From IMG/VR virus record IMGVR_UViG_3300044981_000214: a DNA stretch of 64,000 nt. One strand, 5' to 3'. Shown in pieces: positions 47,258 to 57,543 of the stretch. This DNA is from a virus (taxonomy: Duplodnaviria; Caudoviricetes). The position numbers were made by a program, and so were the translations under genes. Every line of letters starts with the position of its first letter. Within the stretch, counting starts at the first letter, position 1. The notes beneath the pieces are model-generated. The model ran no database searches and was not told where the DNA came from. It saw only the letters and a list, made by a program, of their open reading frames with translations.

Positions 47258-47794
47258 TTAACGTGTTTCACTTGGCGGTGCCACGACTAGAAGGAACCCT
47301 TGGAGATTGATTTCAACATTAACAAACTGAACAGTGACAACTTGAGGTTGTCCATTGCTATCAGTGACTATATCGAGTGGAAAGTCTAAGGTATCAACGC
47401 TAATTTGAAAGCCTTCACTACGAACCAACGTATAGGGCTCCTCAAACTCCCACGTACCGGTTGCCTTATTTAGCAACGTACTTACTAGCGTAGTTGACTT
47501 AGTTAACTTCTCGTTCTTACTAAAGTCAAGGATATTAAGGTGTACACGTTCGTCCATCGTAGATGGCTGTGGTTCCAGGGTAACAGCAGAACTATAACCT
47601 GACGGTGTTCCCTGCGCTGTCAAACGAATAATAATTCTGTGAACCTCAAAAGGCTTCTCTTGCGAGACCAAAAATGAACTATCAGCAAAGGTCACGCCAC
47701 TTTGCGACGGGCCCACGGCTAATTCTGCAGCTACATTGAATGGCACGCGAAACGTAACCGATTTTCCACTGAATTGTAATGGTAATCTACCCAT
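47258..47794 (-). CDS. Candidate single jelly-roll capsid protein
   Basis: 178 aa, all-beta pattern ending VEINLQGFLLVV; fold inferred only. Confidence 0.4.
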   Translation of the reverse strand: MGRLPLQFSGKSVTFRVPFNVAAELAVGPSQSGVTFADSSFLVSQEKPFEVHRIIIRLTAQGTPSGYSSAVTLEPQPSTMDERVHLNILDFSKNEKLTKSTTLVSTLLNKATGTWEFEEPYTLVRSEGFQISVDTLDFPLDIVTDSNGQPQVVTVQFVNVEINLQGFLLVVAPPSETR

Positions 47795-47938
47795 GTTTAT
47801 TGTCTCCGATAAAAGGATCAGTTACAGGTTCCGTTACACTATCTTATACTTAGATAGATACTTCAATCATCAACTGCACTCTGTTCTATTAAAAAAATTG
47901 ACCGGGTTACGGAATTGTACTAAGCTGTTGAACTTCGA

Positions 47939-49459
47939 ATGCAGATTTCTACTCCTCTACCTCGTCCAACTAATGAAGGTTGCGCGTTCATAGGCGGATA
48001 TTTCGATGCCGAAGGTTGCTTGTCGTTGCACGAAATTCCATTACGGACTTGCACTGAGTGTGGATGGGGCTTGGCTATTGGATTTGGTCAAACAAATCCA
48101 AGTGTACTTAAATATATGCACAGTTTTTACGGTGGGCGTCTAAGTCCGGTCAAAAAGGATCCGCCCCCTAATTGGCGACGACAAACTGTCTGGCAGTTAA
48201 GAAAATTTAGGGGTGTATGCTGTTTTTTACAGGACATTCTTCCTTATCTCGGCGAGAAACGTGCACAAGTAGAAGCAGTACTACAACGATTTAATGCAAG
48301 GATGACTAGAGAAGCTGGAGACGCTTTACAAGCATTATTAACGGTAGAAAAAAAATTAGAGCTTCAATACTTACCTGTTGAATTAAGTACCATTTGCCAA
48401 GCCCCACCTAGTTTAACTGAACGCGCATATGCCGCAGGATTTTTCGACGGTGACGGTTCGATTGAAGTACGACGCAAGGCCTCTACATGGCACTTGACGG
48501 TGACCTTTAATCAGACACGTAAAGAAGGCATCCTAAAATTAGCCGCTAATTACTTAGGCTATAGCGGATTCAAAATAAAGGTTAAGCCTAGAAGGAACCA
48601 ACTCTCGTGGCGAATTTCGGTTCGAGAAACCGTCCTAACTTTCTTACGGGATATTCAACCGTTCTCGATAGAAAAAAAGCCGCAGATCGATTTAATCCTT
48701 ACGGATTATTCACCATTAATGTCTGATTTTGAAGGCCTTGTCCTAAACATTAAGTTAGAGATGCTACGTCAAACAATTGAGTCTTTCCCCTGTACTGTAT
48801 CTCTGACAACGGCAATGGAAAGAGTCTTAGCCATTATTCAAGATGCAAATATAACTACAATTAACCAAATAGCCGCTAGATTCATAGATGGAACCGAAGC
48901 GCTCCCAGTTTTGCTAAGTCAACTTATAGTTGACCAAAAAATATGGCGTAAAGGTAAGGGGAAAAAGATCTATTACGGCGTGGCAACCGCTACAACAGAT
49001 AACTGGATCAAGGTCAATCGTAAGGATCCCACCGCAACAATAACCATAGAGGGAGAGACTAAATCTATAAAGGAGTGGGCAATGGTAACCGGACTAGATT
49101 ACCAACGAGTTCATACACGGCTAAAAAAGGGGCTTACACCAAAGGAGGCTGTTTTCTCCCCGCTTCGTGGAACAGGGCTAGCCAATTTATATGAAGGCGC
49201 AGCTATATTCAAATATAGGCCTAGACGAGTTCACAATGGAGGTGTAACCGTTTCTGTACCTAGTGATATCGTACGGAGAATAAAGCAAGATAATTGGGAG
49301 CTTGACCGAGTGTACATTCAAACTGAAGGCTACCCAAAAATAAGAGCAAGATTGGAAATTGATGCCAAATACTCTAGTGCGCGAATTTACATTGGGAAAC
49401 GTATACAACACCTACCAGCTAATCGCAAATTGACATTTAACCTGACACAAGTAACCTAA
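47939..49459 (+). mobile_element. Double-motif LAGLIDADG homing endonuclease with extra C-terminal DNA-binding domains
   Basis: FIGGYFDAEGC and YAAGFFDGDGS; ITIEGETKSIKEWA module; more AT-rich than flanks. Confidence 0.85.
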
Positions 49460-49504
49460 CTCGCATCAATAGCTAACAAGTGATACACTAAGGTAACGTA
49501 GCCC

Positions 49505-50410
49505 ATGGCCCCTCGCCTAACGCGTGAAGAGCACGAGGCGCTCCGACGTCTTCGTGAACGTGAATGGCGTCAGCTGTCATTAGCCAAGCGCCGTGAGCAC
49601 GAAGAGCATAAGCTCATGAAACGGTTTGGTGCGACTGACACTGAAATCGAGCGTTTCTACGCGAACGATGATAACGAAGTCGACCAGGACGCAAACGATG
49701 ATGATGATGATGACGCAGATACGATCGAGCCTTCTAGGCGCTTAGTAATCGCACGCGAGACAGAAAGATCGACTAAGTCCCCTTGGGTAGCTATTGCAAT
49801 TGGCCTAGGTGTTTTCGCCGCTATCACAGCTGCTGGCGTTGTAGTCTATTTATTGCTGTCTCGTAGACGAAACTATGCCCTAGGCGACTCAAGTAGTCCT
49901 CAGCAGCCGATCATCATCACAGCGCCCAGCCAACAGCCTCAGGTCTACCTAGTAAACAATGGTCACGCCGAGGCTATCGGACCCGCCGATCCAAACTCTG
50001 ATCGTACAACTTCAGTGCTAGACCGACTTGAACGTGCAATTTCTAACTTTGGTAGTCCTGGCCGTCTACCTCGTGAGCCATACATGCAGACCGTTCGTCT
50101 GCCTAGTGTTCTCGATCCTAACGCACAGCAAATTCGCTGCGTCTCTGCTACCGACGTACCTTATGAAGCTGTGCTACGCGTTGTCGGTCCAGGCGGCACC
50201 TACGCAATCTTTACCACTGTACCTGGTGCACTAGACCGTCCAGACATAGCAAATGTAGCAGTACCGACCGGTGATGCTCTAATCGTTCCCAGCGGTCAAT
50301 TTCATACCATACGTCTAAGTCCTAAACAGGCCGTGTTCGGCAAGGGCTCAGCCGCAAATGTACTAGTTTCAGTTACTGCATCTGAAGCCGTAGAACGCGT
50401 GTATGGCTAA
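49505..50410 (+). CDS. Membrane-anchored structural protein
   Basis: Charged N-terminus, central TM, RRRNYALGD, C-terminal beta domain. Confidence 0.7.
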   Translation: MAPRLTREEHEALRRLREREWRQLSLAKRREHEEHKLMKRFGATDTEIERFYANDDNEVDQDANDDDDDDADTIEPSRRLVIARETERSTKSPWVAIAIGLGVFAAITAAGVVVYLLLSRRRNYALGDSSSPQQPIIITAPSQQPQVYLVNNGHAEAIGPADPNSDRTTSVLDRLERAISNFGSPGRLPREPYMQTVRLPSVLDPNAQQIRCVSATDVPYEAVLRVVGPGGTYAIFTTVPGALDRPDIANVAVPTGDALIVPSGQFHTIRLSPKQAVFGKGSAANVLVSVTASEAVERVYG

Positions 50411-50591
50411 AGAACCTGATACCGTCAAGATTGAAGCCTACGATCTCGATACCAATGAGATTGTCGAGATCGAAATTGACCGTGAAGCGCTAGAGATGAT
50501 CGACCGCGCTGAACGTGAAATGAAGGAACGTCTTGAGGAGCAGAACCGACTAGACATGTTGGCAATGCTAAATTCACTCGACGATAACTGA
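50403..50591 (+). CDS. Small acidic protein
   Basis: Overlapping-start ORF. Confidence 0.6.
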   Translation: MAKEPDTVKIEAYDLDTNEIVEIEIDREALEMIDRAEREMKERLEEQNRLDMLAMLNSLDDN

Positions 50592-50595
50592 TTAA

Positions 50596-50611
50596 GATCG
50601 CTAGAGCGATC
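50596..50611. promoter_or_regulatory. Palindromic site GATCGCTAGAGCGATC
   Basis: 16 bp before TAGTAT -10 of the fibre operon. Confidence 0.75.
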
Positions 50612-50639
50612 TAACCTACAAACGCGGTAGTATATAGGT

Positions 50640-51035
50640 ATGGCTGCGGGCCCACCTATTCAGCTAACCGCGCAAGTTCGTACAGATTCTCCTGATCCAG
50701 CTGATCCGGCTGAAGTCGTTGTTGTCAAAGCTCCACTACCGCCATTAACGCCTGAGCAATCGAACAACGGAACGCTTACCGCTATACCCTCAACAATCAC
50801 GTCAGTTACCTTATTGGCTGCCAACCCAAGTCGCCACGGTTTCTCGATCTTCAATTCATCAACGGCGATTCTTTACGTCAAGGCAAGCACTAACGGAGCC
50901 ACTGTATCATCAGGTTTCTATACAGTCAGTATAAACCCGCAAGTCTATTACGAAGATCCATACAATTACGTTGGCATAGTTACCGGCGTATGGGCGAGCG
51001 CGAATGGCACAGCGTACGTAACCGAATATGCCTAA
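50640..51035 (+). CDS. Small beta-sandwich structural protein (spike base-like)
   Basis: TLLAANPSRHGFSIFNSSTAILYV...GVWASANGTAYVTE pattern. Confidence 0.65.
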   Translation: MAAGPPIQLTAQVRTDSPDPADPAEVVVVKAPLPPLTPEQSNNGTLTAIPSTITSVTLLAANPSRHGFSIFNSSTAILYVKASTNGATVSSGFYTVSINPQVYYEDPYNYVGIVTGVWASANGTAYVTEYA

Positions 51036-51038
51036 CTC

Positions 51039-51896
51039 ATGCCTCTATTCTATCCACCCATAGAGATTGCGGCAGGTACCCAAACAGCTAATCAGGGGAC
51101 TGTTGTACTAGCTAATTCCAACGGCGTCACGTTTGGAATGTCGAACAGCAGCGTAGTTACTGCTTCTATCAACGCTGTTCAATCGATTTCAGCAGGAACG
51201 ACCAACGCTACCGGCAATCAAATAGTTTTTGCAAACAGCAACAATGTCAACTTCGGAGTAAATGGCAACACGGTTACTGCAAGTGTCGTAGCTGCCGCTG
51301 ACTCGCAATCTATAAACGCCTTTAGTCATCTAGCAGAGTTCAATACCAACTATACGATTAATGCCAATTTCTTATCGCTTGAACGTGTTTCCATGCCGAT
51401 GGGGATCTCCGGCAGTGCCGCGCTAGTTCTGCTTGATATCTCAGGAATCACTAATAGTTTTGGCGGCGTAACAGTAAATATGGCCGCCTACTCTATAAGC
51501 AACGGACCAACGCTTGTAGCAATCAATCCTACGACTACTTCTGTAAACATCACCTGGACTAGCGGAACACAAACTACAGCAAGTTCAATATACGGTGGTG
51601 TCAGCGGCACACGTTATCGTTCGCTTGGGTGGCCTGTCAACATGACACCTGGCGATTACTTATTTGCATTCATCATAAATACTACTAATAGTGCTACAGT
51701 GCGTATGTTCGGTAGGCAAGGTGTAAATATAGTAGGTACATATGCTGGGTTTGATACTAACTATCTTCTCGACGGTTGTTCATCGACAACAGTCACCGGA
51801 TTCCCGTCTTCTGTATTTGGCAGTGATGCAAATTATGTTCGAACCGGATTATCAGCACTACAACAGCCCGGTTTTATCCTGATCGGAACGACATAA
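51039..51896 (+). CDS. Short fibre protein (paralog 3)
   Basis: Two shaft repeats + head domain related to paralog 4. Confidence 0.75.
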   Translation: MPLFYPPIEIAAGTQTANQGTVVLANSNGVTFGMSNSSVVTASINAVQSISAGTTNATGNQIVFANSNNVNFGVNGNTVTASVVAAADSQSINAFSHLAEFNTNYTINANFLSLERVSMPMGISGSAALVLLDISGITNSFGGVTVNMAAYSISNGPTLVAINPTTTSVNITWTSGTQTTASSIYGGVSGTRYRSLGWPVNMTPGDYLFAFIINTTNSATVRMFGRQGVNIVGTYAGFDTNYLLDGCSSTTVTGFPSSVFGSDANYVRTGLSALQQPGFILIGTT

Positions 51897-51925
51897 AAAT
51901 GGTACCCTGAAAGGCGATGTAATCT

Positions 51926-53848
51926 ATGCCCGCTCAATCTAACTTTCAAGACGTAGTAGTCCTAAATCAGGATTCACTATCTGTTAAAGGTGAGCAGATC
52001 ATCCTCGGCACCGATGCCGGGTCGAAGGCAGTCGTATTCTCTAACAATGCATTCGCTCAAGCTCTAGGTGCGAACCCATCGGCCAATGAAACAATCATGC
52101 TGCCCGACGCGGGCGGTACAGTTGGATTGATTACAGCGATCAGCGCTGGTGCTGCACTAGTCTCCCAAGGTCAAGTTGTCTTCTCAAACTCCAATAGCAT
52201 TTCGTTCGGGCTGAATGCATCGACGATCACGGCCAGTTTCTCACAGACGGTTCAACCTGGCGTCACAGCTCTAGGCGTTTCGACTGGCGGTAATACCCTC
52301 GGTAACACCGGTACGACACAAGGCACTGTTGTCTTTGCTGCACTCGGCAATATCACGTTAAGCCAAGTTACCGCAGCAAACTCGCTTGCTACAATCACGA
52401 TCAGCGGCTCTCAGTCAACGGCTCCGGGCGCTATCGCTGCAGGGACACAGACAGCAACATCTGGGACTGTTGTTTTTTCGAATAGCAACGGCCTGACTTT
52501 CGGCATGTCTGGCAGTCTGACTGTCACAGCCACAGCTGACTACGTTCGGTCAATCAGCGCCGGTACAACTAATGCTACTGGCAATCAAATTGTATTTTCG
52601 AATAGTAACAATATTTCGTTTGGCGCCAACGGCGCAACGATAACGGCTACCGTCAACGTTGTTGGGGCAAACGCCGTATCCGGTATCGGCGTGTCCACTG
52701 GAGGCAACACAGCCGGCAACACTGGAACAACGTTTGGGACGTATGTACTCGCTGGTGCAGGCGGTGTGTCGCTATCACAGTCTACTGCGGCCGGATCACT
52801 GGCTACTGTCTCGATCAGCATGACACAGTCCACAGCGCCTGGGGCCATTGCTGCAGGAACACAGACAGCTACAAGCGGTACTGTAGTTTTCAGTAACTCG
52901 AATAGCATCACGTTTGGCATGAGCAACAGCAGTGTCATCACTGCTAGCTTCTCCCAGACGGTTCAACCCGGCGTTACAGCGATCGGCGTCAGCAACGTCG
53001 GTAACACGGCCGGTAATACAGGCACGACGCAGGGGACATATATCCTGGCAGGTGCAGGTGGAGTAACGCTCAGCCAAAGTACAGCAGCAGGCTCATTAGC
53101 TACCGTCTCGATCAGCATGACGCAATCGACGGCGCCAGGTGCTATTGCTGCTGGCACGCAGACAGCAACGTCCGGTACGGTCGTTTTTAGTAACTCTAAC
53201 GGCGTAGTATTCGGCATGTCCAACTCTAGCGTAGTCACCGCTAGCGTGACGGCTGGCGGCAATAGCTACAGCATGACTGCATTCAGTCAATGGGCTGAAT
53301 GGGGTACTAATTGGACGCTCAGCAACGCCACAATGTCGATGCAGAAAGTGTCTATCCCTGGGTATCTTTCTGCTACGGCTGCATTGGTAATGCTTAATCT
53401 ATCAGGCAATACCAACTCTACTGGTGCACTTACAGTCAGCATGGGCGTGTACACAATGCTGCACAGTACAGCAAGCCTGGCTAGCTCTGGATCTCGTCAA
53501 ATTTCATGGACTTCAGGGACCTCGACCTCGGTAAGCTCCGCCTATGGCGGTGTGAGCGGCACCCAGTACCGTACGATTGGCATTAACCTAAGCTTGACCC
53601 CTGGTGACTATCTATTCGCCTTCAATTTCTCGACCACTAACAACGGTACTTGGCAGGTATTTGGCCGTCAGGGCGTTAACATAGTTAACGTATTTGACGG
53701 TATAGAGACCGCTTATTTCCTTGATGGCACATCAGGTAGCAGTACAGGAGCTTTCCCAAGTTCAATCGTTGCTACTAACACGAACTACGGTAGAACAGGC
53801 ATCGCAGCACTACGACAGCCGGGTGTGATACTCCTAGGCACTAACTGA
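51926..53848 (+). CDS. Long fibre protein (paralog 4)
   Basis: Many shaft repeats; N-terminus QSNFQDVVVLN. Confidence 0.75.
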   Translation: MPAQSNFQDVVVLNQDSLSVKGEQIILGTDAGSKAVVFSNNAFAQALGANPSANETIMLPDAGGTVGLITAISAGAALVSQGQVVFSNSNSISFGLNASTITASFSQTVQPGVTALGVSTGGNTLGNTGTTQGTVVFAALGNITLSQVTAANSLATITISGSQSTAPGAIAAGTQTATSGTVVFSNSNGLTFGMSGSLTVTATADYVRSISAGTTNATGNQIVFSNSNNISFGANGATITATVNVVGANAVSGIGVSTGGNTAGNTGTTFGTYVLAGAGGVSLSQSTAAGSLATVSISMTQSTAPGAIAAGTQTATSGTVVFSNSNSITFGMSNSSVITASFSQTVQPGVTAIGVSNVGNTAGNTGTTQGTYILAGAGGVTLSQSTAAGSLATVSISMTQSTAPGAIAAGTQTATSGTVVFSNSNGVVFGMSNSSVVTASVTAGGNSYSMTAFSQWAEWGTNWTLSNATMSMQKVSIPGYLSATAALVMLNLSGNTNSTGALTVSMGVYTMLHSTASLASSGSRQISWTSGTSTSVSSAYGGVSGTQYRTIGINLSLTPGDYLFAFNFSTTNNGTWQVFGRQGVNIVNVFDGIETAYFLDGTSGSSTGAFPSSIVATNTNYGRTGIAALRQPGVILLGTN

Positions 53849-53862
53849 ACCGTTGACCTTAG

Positions 53863-54915
53863 ATGGCACAGTCAAACTTTCAAGACGTCGTAGTACTCAA
53901 CTCCAATACGCTGACACTAGGAGTTGAGGCGCTGATTATTGGCACCGATGCAGGTTCCAAATCGATCATATTAGCGCAAGACCCTGCACAAGCTTCAGCG
54001 TTGTACTTGATCGCTTCAAATCCTACTGCACAGATCTCGCACATTCACCCGAACGCAAACGGGACCGTAGGACTGATAACAGCCATATCTGCAGGTACTA
54101 CGCTACAGAGCAACGGCCAGATCGTACTATCTAATTCGAACCTAGTTTCGTTCGGTGTCAACGCCTCAACAATAACAGCATCAGCCGGTTACGTTGCGTC
54201 AGTCAGCGCAGGGACAACGAACGCTACAGGTAATCAGATTGTATTCAGTAATGCAAATGGGATCAGCTTTGGCGCTAACGGCGCGACGATAACAGCCAAA
54301 GAGCCGTCGTTCAGTCTGTACCGTCCAAGCGATAATGTTGAAGTCGGTTTCCCGATAGTCGGTAATTCGACTGCAGGCTCTAATGTAACAATTCGTCGTA
54401 TATCCGTACCGAATCAGATTAGTGCTACCGAACTGGACATGCTAGCACATTTGACTCTTGCCGGTTCTACAGCCGGCAGTTTCACTCTTTCGGCTTGCAT
54501 GTATACATTCGCAGGATCTACCGCATCGTCTGTTAGTTCGGGTTCTGTGGGATACACCTGGAACAGTGGAACAAATACTGGAGCGTCATCAATTTATGGC
54601 GGTAATAGCGGGACCCGTTGGCGCACGATGTCTATCAATACCTGGAACATAACGCCAGGTGAATACTTGATGGCTATAGCGGGATCGATCAACGGCCCTG
54701 CAGGTACAACCGGAACACTATCACTCTACGGTATATCGACTGTATCTGTTGTGGCAGCTTGGGGCGGTGGTAACTTTAGTCAGTACTGGGCTGACGGTAT
54801 TTTTTCTGGTGGCACCGCAGCATTTCCTGCATCGATTCATTTGTCAGCATTGCTTCAGACAGGGTCGACAGCATTAGCTTTGCCACACTTCAGACTAATC
54901 GGTTCAGGACCGTAG
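53863..54915 (+). CDS. Fibre protein (paralog 5)
   Basis: Same N-terminus as paralog 4; two repeats; related head. Confidence 0.75.
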   Translation: MAQSNFQDVVVLNSNTLTLGVEALIIGTDAGSKSIILAQDPAQASALYLIASNPTAQISHIHPNANGTVGLITAISAGTTLQSNGQIVLSNSNLVSFGVNASTITASAGYVASVSAGTTNATGNQIVFSNANGISFGANGATITAKEPSFSLYRPSDNVEVGFPIVGNSTAGSNVTIRRISVPNQISATELDMLAHLTLAGSTAGSFTLSACMYTFAGSTASSVSSGSVGYTWNSGTNTGASSIYGGNSGTRWRTMSINTWNITPGEYLMAIAGSINGPAGTTGTLSLYGISTVSVVAAWGGGNFSQYWADGIFSGGTAAFPASIHLSALLQTGSTALALPHFRLIGSGP

Positions 54916-54920
54916 AACAG

Positions 54921-55283
54921 TTATACGTCCAGCCCCGCTACTTGGTTTTTCAGGTCAAGCATCTTCCTTTTAACGTCCTCTGTACGCTCATCAATGGCAC
55001 GCTTAACACCATCCGGCAGTTCATGCCAATACACAGGTGAGACTGCATTGGGCCCGCTAAACACGATGGCATGACCACAGGTCATTAGAAGCCAGACTCG
55101 ACCGTCCTTGTCCAAGAAAGCTGCTCGAATAACATCACCAATCAGATGCTTGAAAATTTCAGGATGATTAGGCGAACCCTTGTGATCGGCTAACGACATT
55201 AGACATAGAGCGTACGGCATTCTTTCTCGACGGTCAATGTCGATTGTAGATATGTACTTGACTGCTGTACTGTCATACGCCAT
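54921..55283 (-). CDS. Hypothetical protein
   Basis: ORF; start uncertain. Confidence 0.55.
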   Translation of the reverse strand: MAYDSTAVKYISTIDIDRRERMPYALCLMSLADHKGSPNHPEIFKHLIGDVIRAAFLDKDGRVWLLMTCGHAIVFSGPNAVSPVYWHELPDGVKRAIDERTEDVKRKMLDLKNQVAGLDV

Positions 55284-55296
55284 ACTGCGGTTCGCA

Positions 55297-55476
55297 ATGA
55301 CAAAGACAACCGCAGTCGAGCTGTTAATGGTGACGATTCGGTTGAGGAGAACAGATGTCGTAGAGGCCAAACGAATAGCCCGCGAACAAGGCGTGCCCTA
55401 TTCGTACATAATTCGACAGTGGCTAGCCGACAAGGGCGAGCAGTCTCGACGGGATCGGCTAAAGGCAAAGATCTAA
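55297..55476 (+). CDS. CopG/BrnA-like RHH protein (paralog of 27204-27362)
   Basis: VTIRL..TDVVEAKRIAREQGVPYSYIIRQWL. Confidence 0.75.
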   Translation: MTKTTAVELLMVTIRLRRTDVVEAKRIAREQGVPYSYIIRQWLADKGEQSRRDRLKAKI

Positions 55477-55490
55477 AGGGTTATTAACCG

Positions 55491-56327
55491 ATGACGAAGA
55501 AAGACAAGCCTCTAGCACAGGCACCTCAGTTTGCGACACACGCACCGCCAGTTCTAATCGTCAACAAAGGCAATCAGGCACCCGAGCAAAAGAAACTAGG
55601 AATCGATGACATCAAACAACAACTAGGGCTCGGATTCGATCGAATTGAGCACATCCCTGGAAGTACCTATCGCGATTCTTCGACGGTAATCATCGTTCCC
55701 GAACGCACGCCGTTTTTTCATCAACGTGTAGTTCAGGCATGGCAGAACTTGATCGCACCGATGAACTCCAAACGGTGTTTCATCTTTGTCACTAATGAAG
55801 AAGTAGGTAAAGCCTACACGAATATGATTCAGCATATTCTTGCTGATAAAGAACTATCGACGTGGAAGTACATACTTACCCTTGAAAGCGATAATATACC
55901 GCCACCAGATGCACACATTCGTTTATTAGAGACCATAGAAGCAGGTAACTATGATGCTGTGTCAGGGATTTACTTCACCCGCGGTGAAATCAATATGCCT
56001 CAAGCATACGGTGATCCTGATGAGTACCGGCGAACGGGCGTACTGAGTTTCAAACCCCGAGATATTCGTGCTGCCTTACAGAAAGGGCAGATAATGGACG
56101 TAAATGGCATTGCCATGGGATGCGCTCTGTGGCGCATTGATATGTTTCGTCAGATTGAGCCTCCTTGGTTCGTTACTGTTAACGATGTAGTTCCTGGGAA
56201 GGGTATTCAATGCTTCACACAAGACCTTGGATTTTGTTCTCGGGCTGTAGCTGCAGGTAAACGTTTCGCCGTCGACATGCGTTGCCGCGTTGGACATATG
56301 GACCTCGTTTCGGGCGTAATATACTAA
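55491..56327 (+). CDS. GT-A fold (family 2-like) glycosyltransferase
   Basis: ILTLESD (DxD variant), MGCAL, QDLGFC..A..AG.RFAVD...RVGH. Confidence 0.75.
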   Translation: MTKKDKPLAQAPQFATHAPPVLIVNKGNQAPEQKKLGIDDIKQQLGLGFDRIEHIPGSTYRDSSTVIIVPERTPFFHQRVVQAWQNLIAPMNSKRCFIFVTNEEVGKAYTNMIQHILADKELSTWKYILTLESDNIPPPDAHIRLLETIEAGNYDAVSGIYFTRGEINMPQAYGDPDEYRRTGVLSFKPRDIRAALQKGQIMDVNGIAMGCALWRIDMFRQIEPPWFVTVNDVVPGKGIQCFTQDLGFCSRAVAAGKRFAVDMRCRVGHMDLVSGVIY

Positions 56328-56329
56328 AT

Positions 56330-56878
56330 ATGCACTGGTCTAAAGGCCCGAATCGAGATCAAATTACTAAAGGTATACGTGCCAAAGCGTTGGCTAGACA
56401 GCAAAGCGGACAACGAAATCCTAACTGGAAAGGTGGCAGGCTTATACTTCAAGACTATGTTTATATCTATAAACCAGGTCATCCAATGGCAGCCACTTTT
56501 GGCAGTTATATAGCTGAACATCGTTTCGTAGCAAGTCAAGTGCTTGGGAGGTTGCTGGAAGATAAGGAAATAGTCCACCACAAGAACGGGGTAAAACACG
56601 ATAACAGACCTGAAAATCTAGAAGTTACAACACAATCTGAACACGCTAAGACGCATATTAGAGAAGACGGGAATCCATTTAGTGGACGTAAGCACACTAG
56701 AGCAACCAAACACAAAATAAGTTTGGCGAACACAGGACGAAAATGGACAATGGCGCAACGTGAGTGTTTGTTGAGGTTACGAAAAAAGCCTAAAACAGAC
56801 AAAGCTTTGGCAGCAGTACAAAGGAACTTAGCTAAAGCGCGTAGGGTATATAAACGGATGAGGAAGAGTCAAAAATGA
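56330..56878 (+). mobile_element. HNH homing endonuclease with NUMOD3 motif
   Basis: EHR...VHHKNGVKHDNRPENL; GRKHTRATKHKIS. Confidence 0.9.
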
Positions 56879-57531
56879 CAAAGAAAAAGACGATCGCACC
56901 CAAACAAATAAGCGCCAAGACGCGTAAGGCCGTTGTCGAAGCTGTGACAACACCTCTACCCATGGCAGCCCCCGACGTAACACGCAAGCTAGACCTTGCA
57001 TGTGGCCAAAGTCCACGTGAAGGCTTCGAGGGTGTCGATATCTGGCCCAAAGCCCAGCACGTTGTCGACCTGATGAAGTATCCGTGGCCATTCGAGGACA
57101 ATTCTGTTTTCGAGCTGCATTGCAGTCACTACGTAGAACATATTCCAATGGAGTATGTCGATAAGAACGGCAATCCAACACGACCCGGCGACGGTGTCGA
57201 CGCCCTATTCAAGTTCTTCGATGAGTGCCATCGAATCCTCGTTCCTGGTGGATTCTTGACGGTGATTGTACCGGCTGCACGAAACAACAGAGCGTTTCAA
57301 GATCCTACGCACCGTAGATTTATCGTCGCTGAGACGTTTCTGTACTTGGCTAAGGCCTGGCGTGAGATGAACAAGCTCGACCACTACGGCGTTAAATGTG
57401 ATTACGAGATCAGTGTAAATCCCACTATCCCGATTGAACTCAGCACACGCGCTGAAGAGGTTCAATCAACACACATGAATAATTACTGGAATACTGTCAT
57501 AGATTTCCACGCCAAATTGAAGGCGATCTGA
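56875..57531 (+). CDS. Class I SAM-dependent methyltransferase (type 11-like)
   Basis: KLDLACG, WPFEDNSV, SHYVEHI, RILVPGG, DPTH. Confidence 0.85.
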   Translation: MTKKKTIAPKQISAKTRKAVVEAVTTPLPMAAPDVTRKLDLACGQSPREGFEGVDIWPKAQHVVDLMKYPWPFEDNSVFELHCSHYVEHIPMEYVDKNGNPTRPGDGVDALFKFFDECHRILVPGGFLTVIVPAARNNRAFQDPTHRRFIVAETFLYLAKAWREMNKLDHYGVKCDYEISVNPTIPIELSTRAEEVQSTHMNNYWNTVIDFHAKLKAI

Positions 57532-57543
57532 TATACTTCAGTG

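Noticed and set aside
40915-54915. Diversity-generating retroelement acting on fibres
   Set aside because: No reverse transcriptase in the window; repeat mismatches are synonymous and not adenine-specific.
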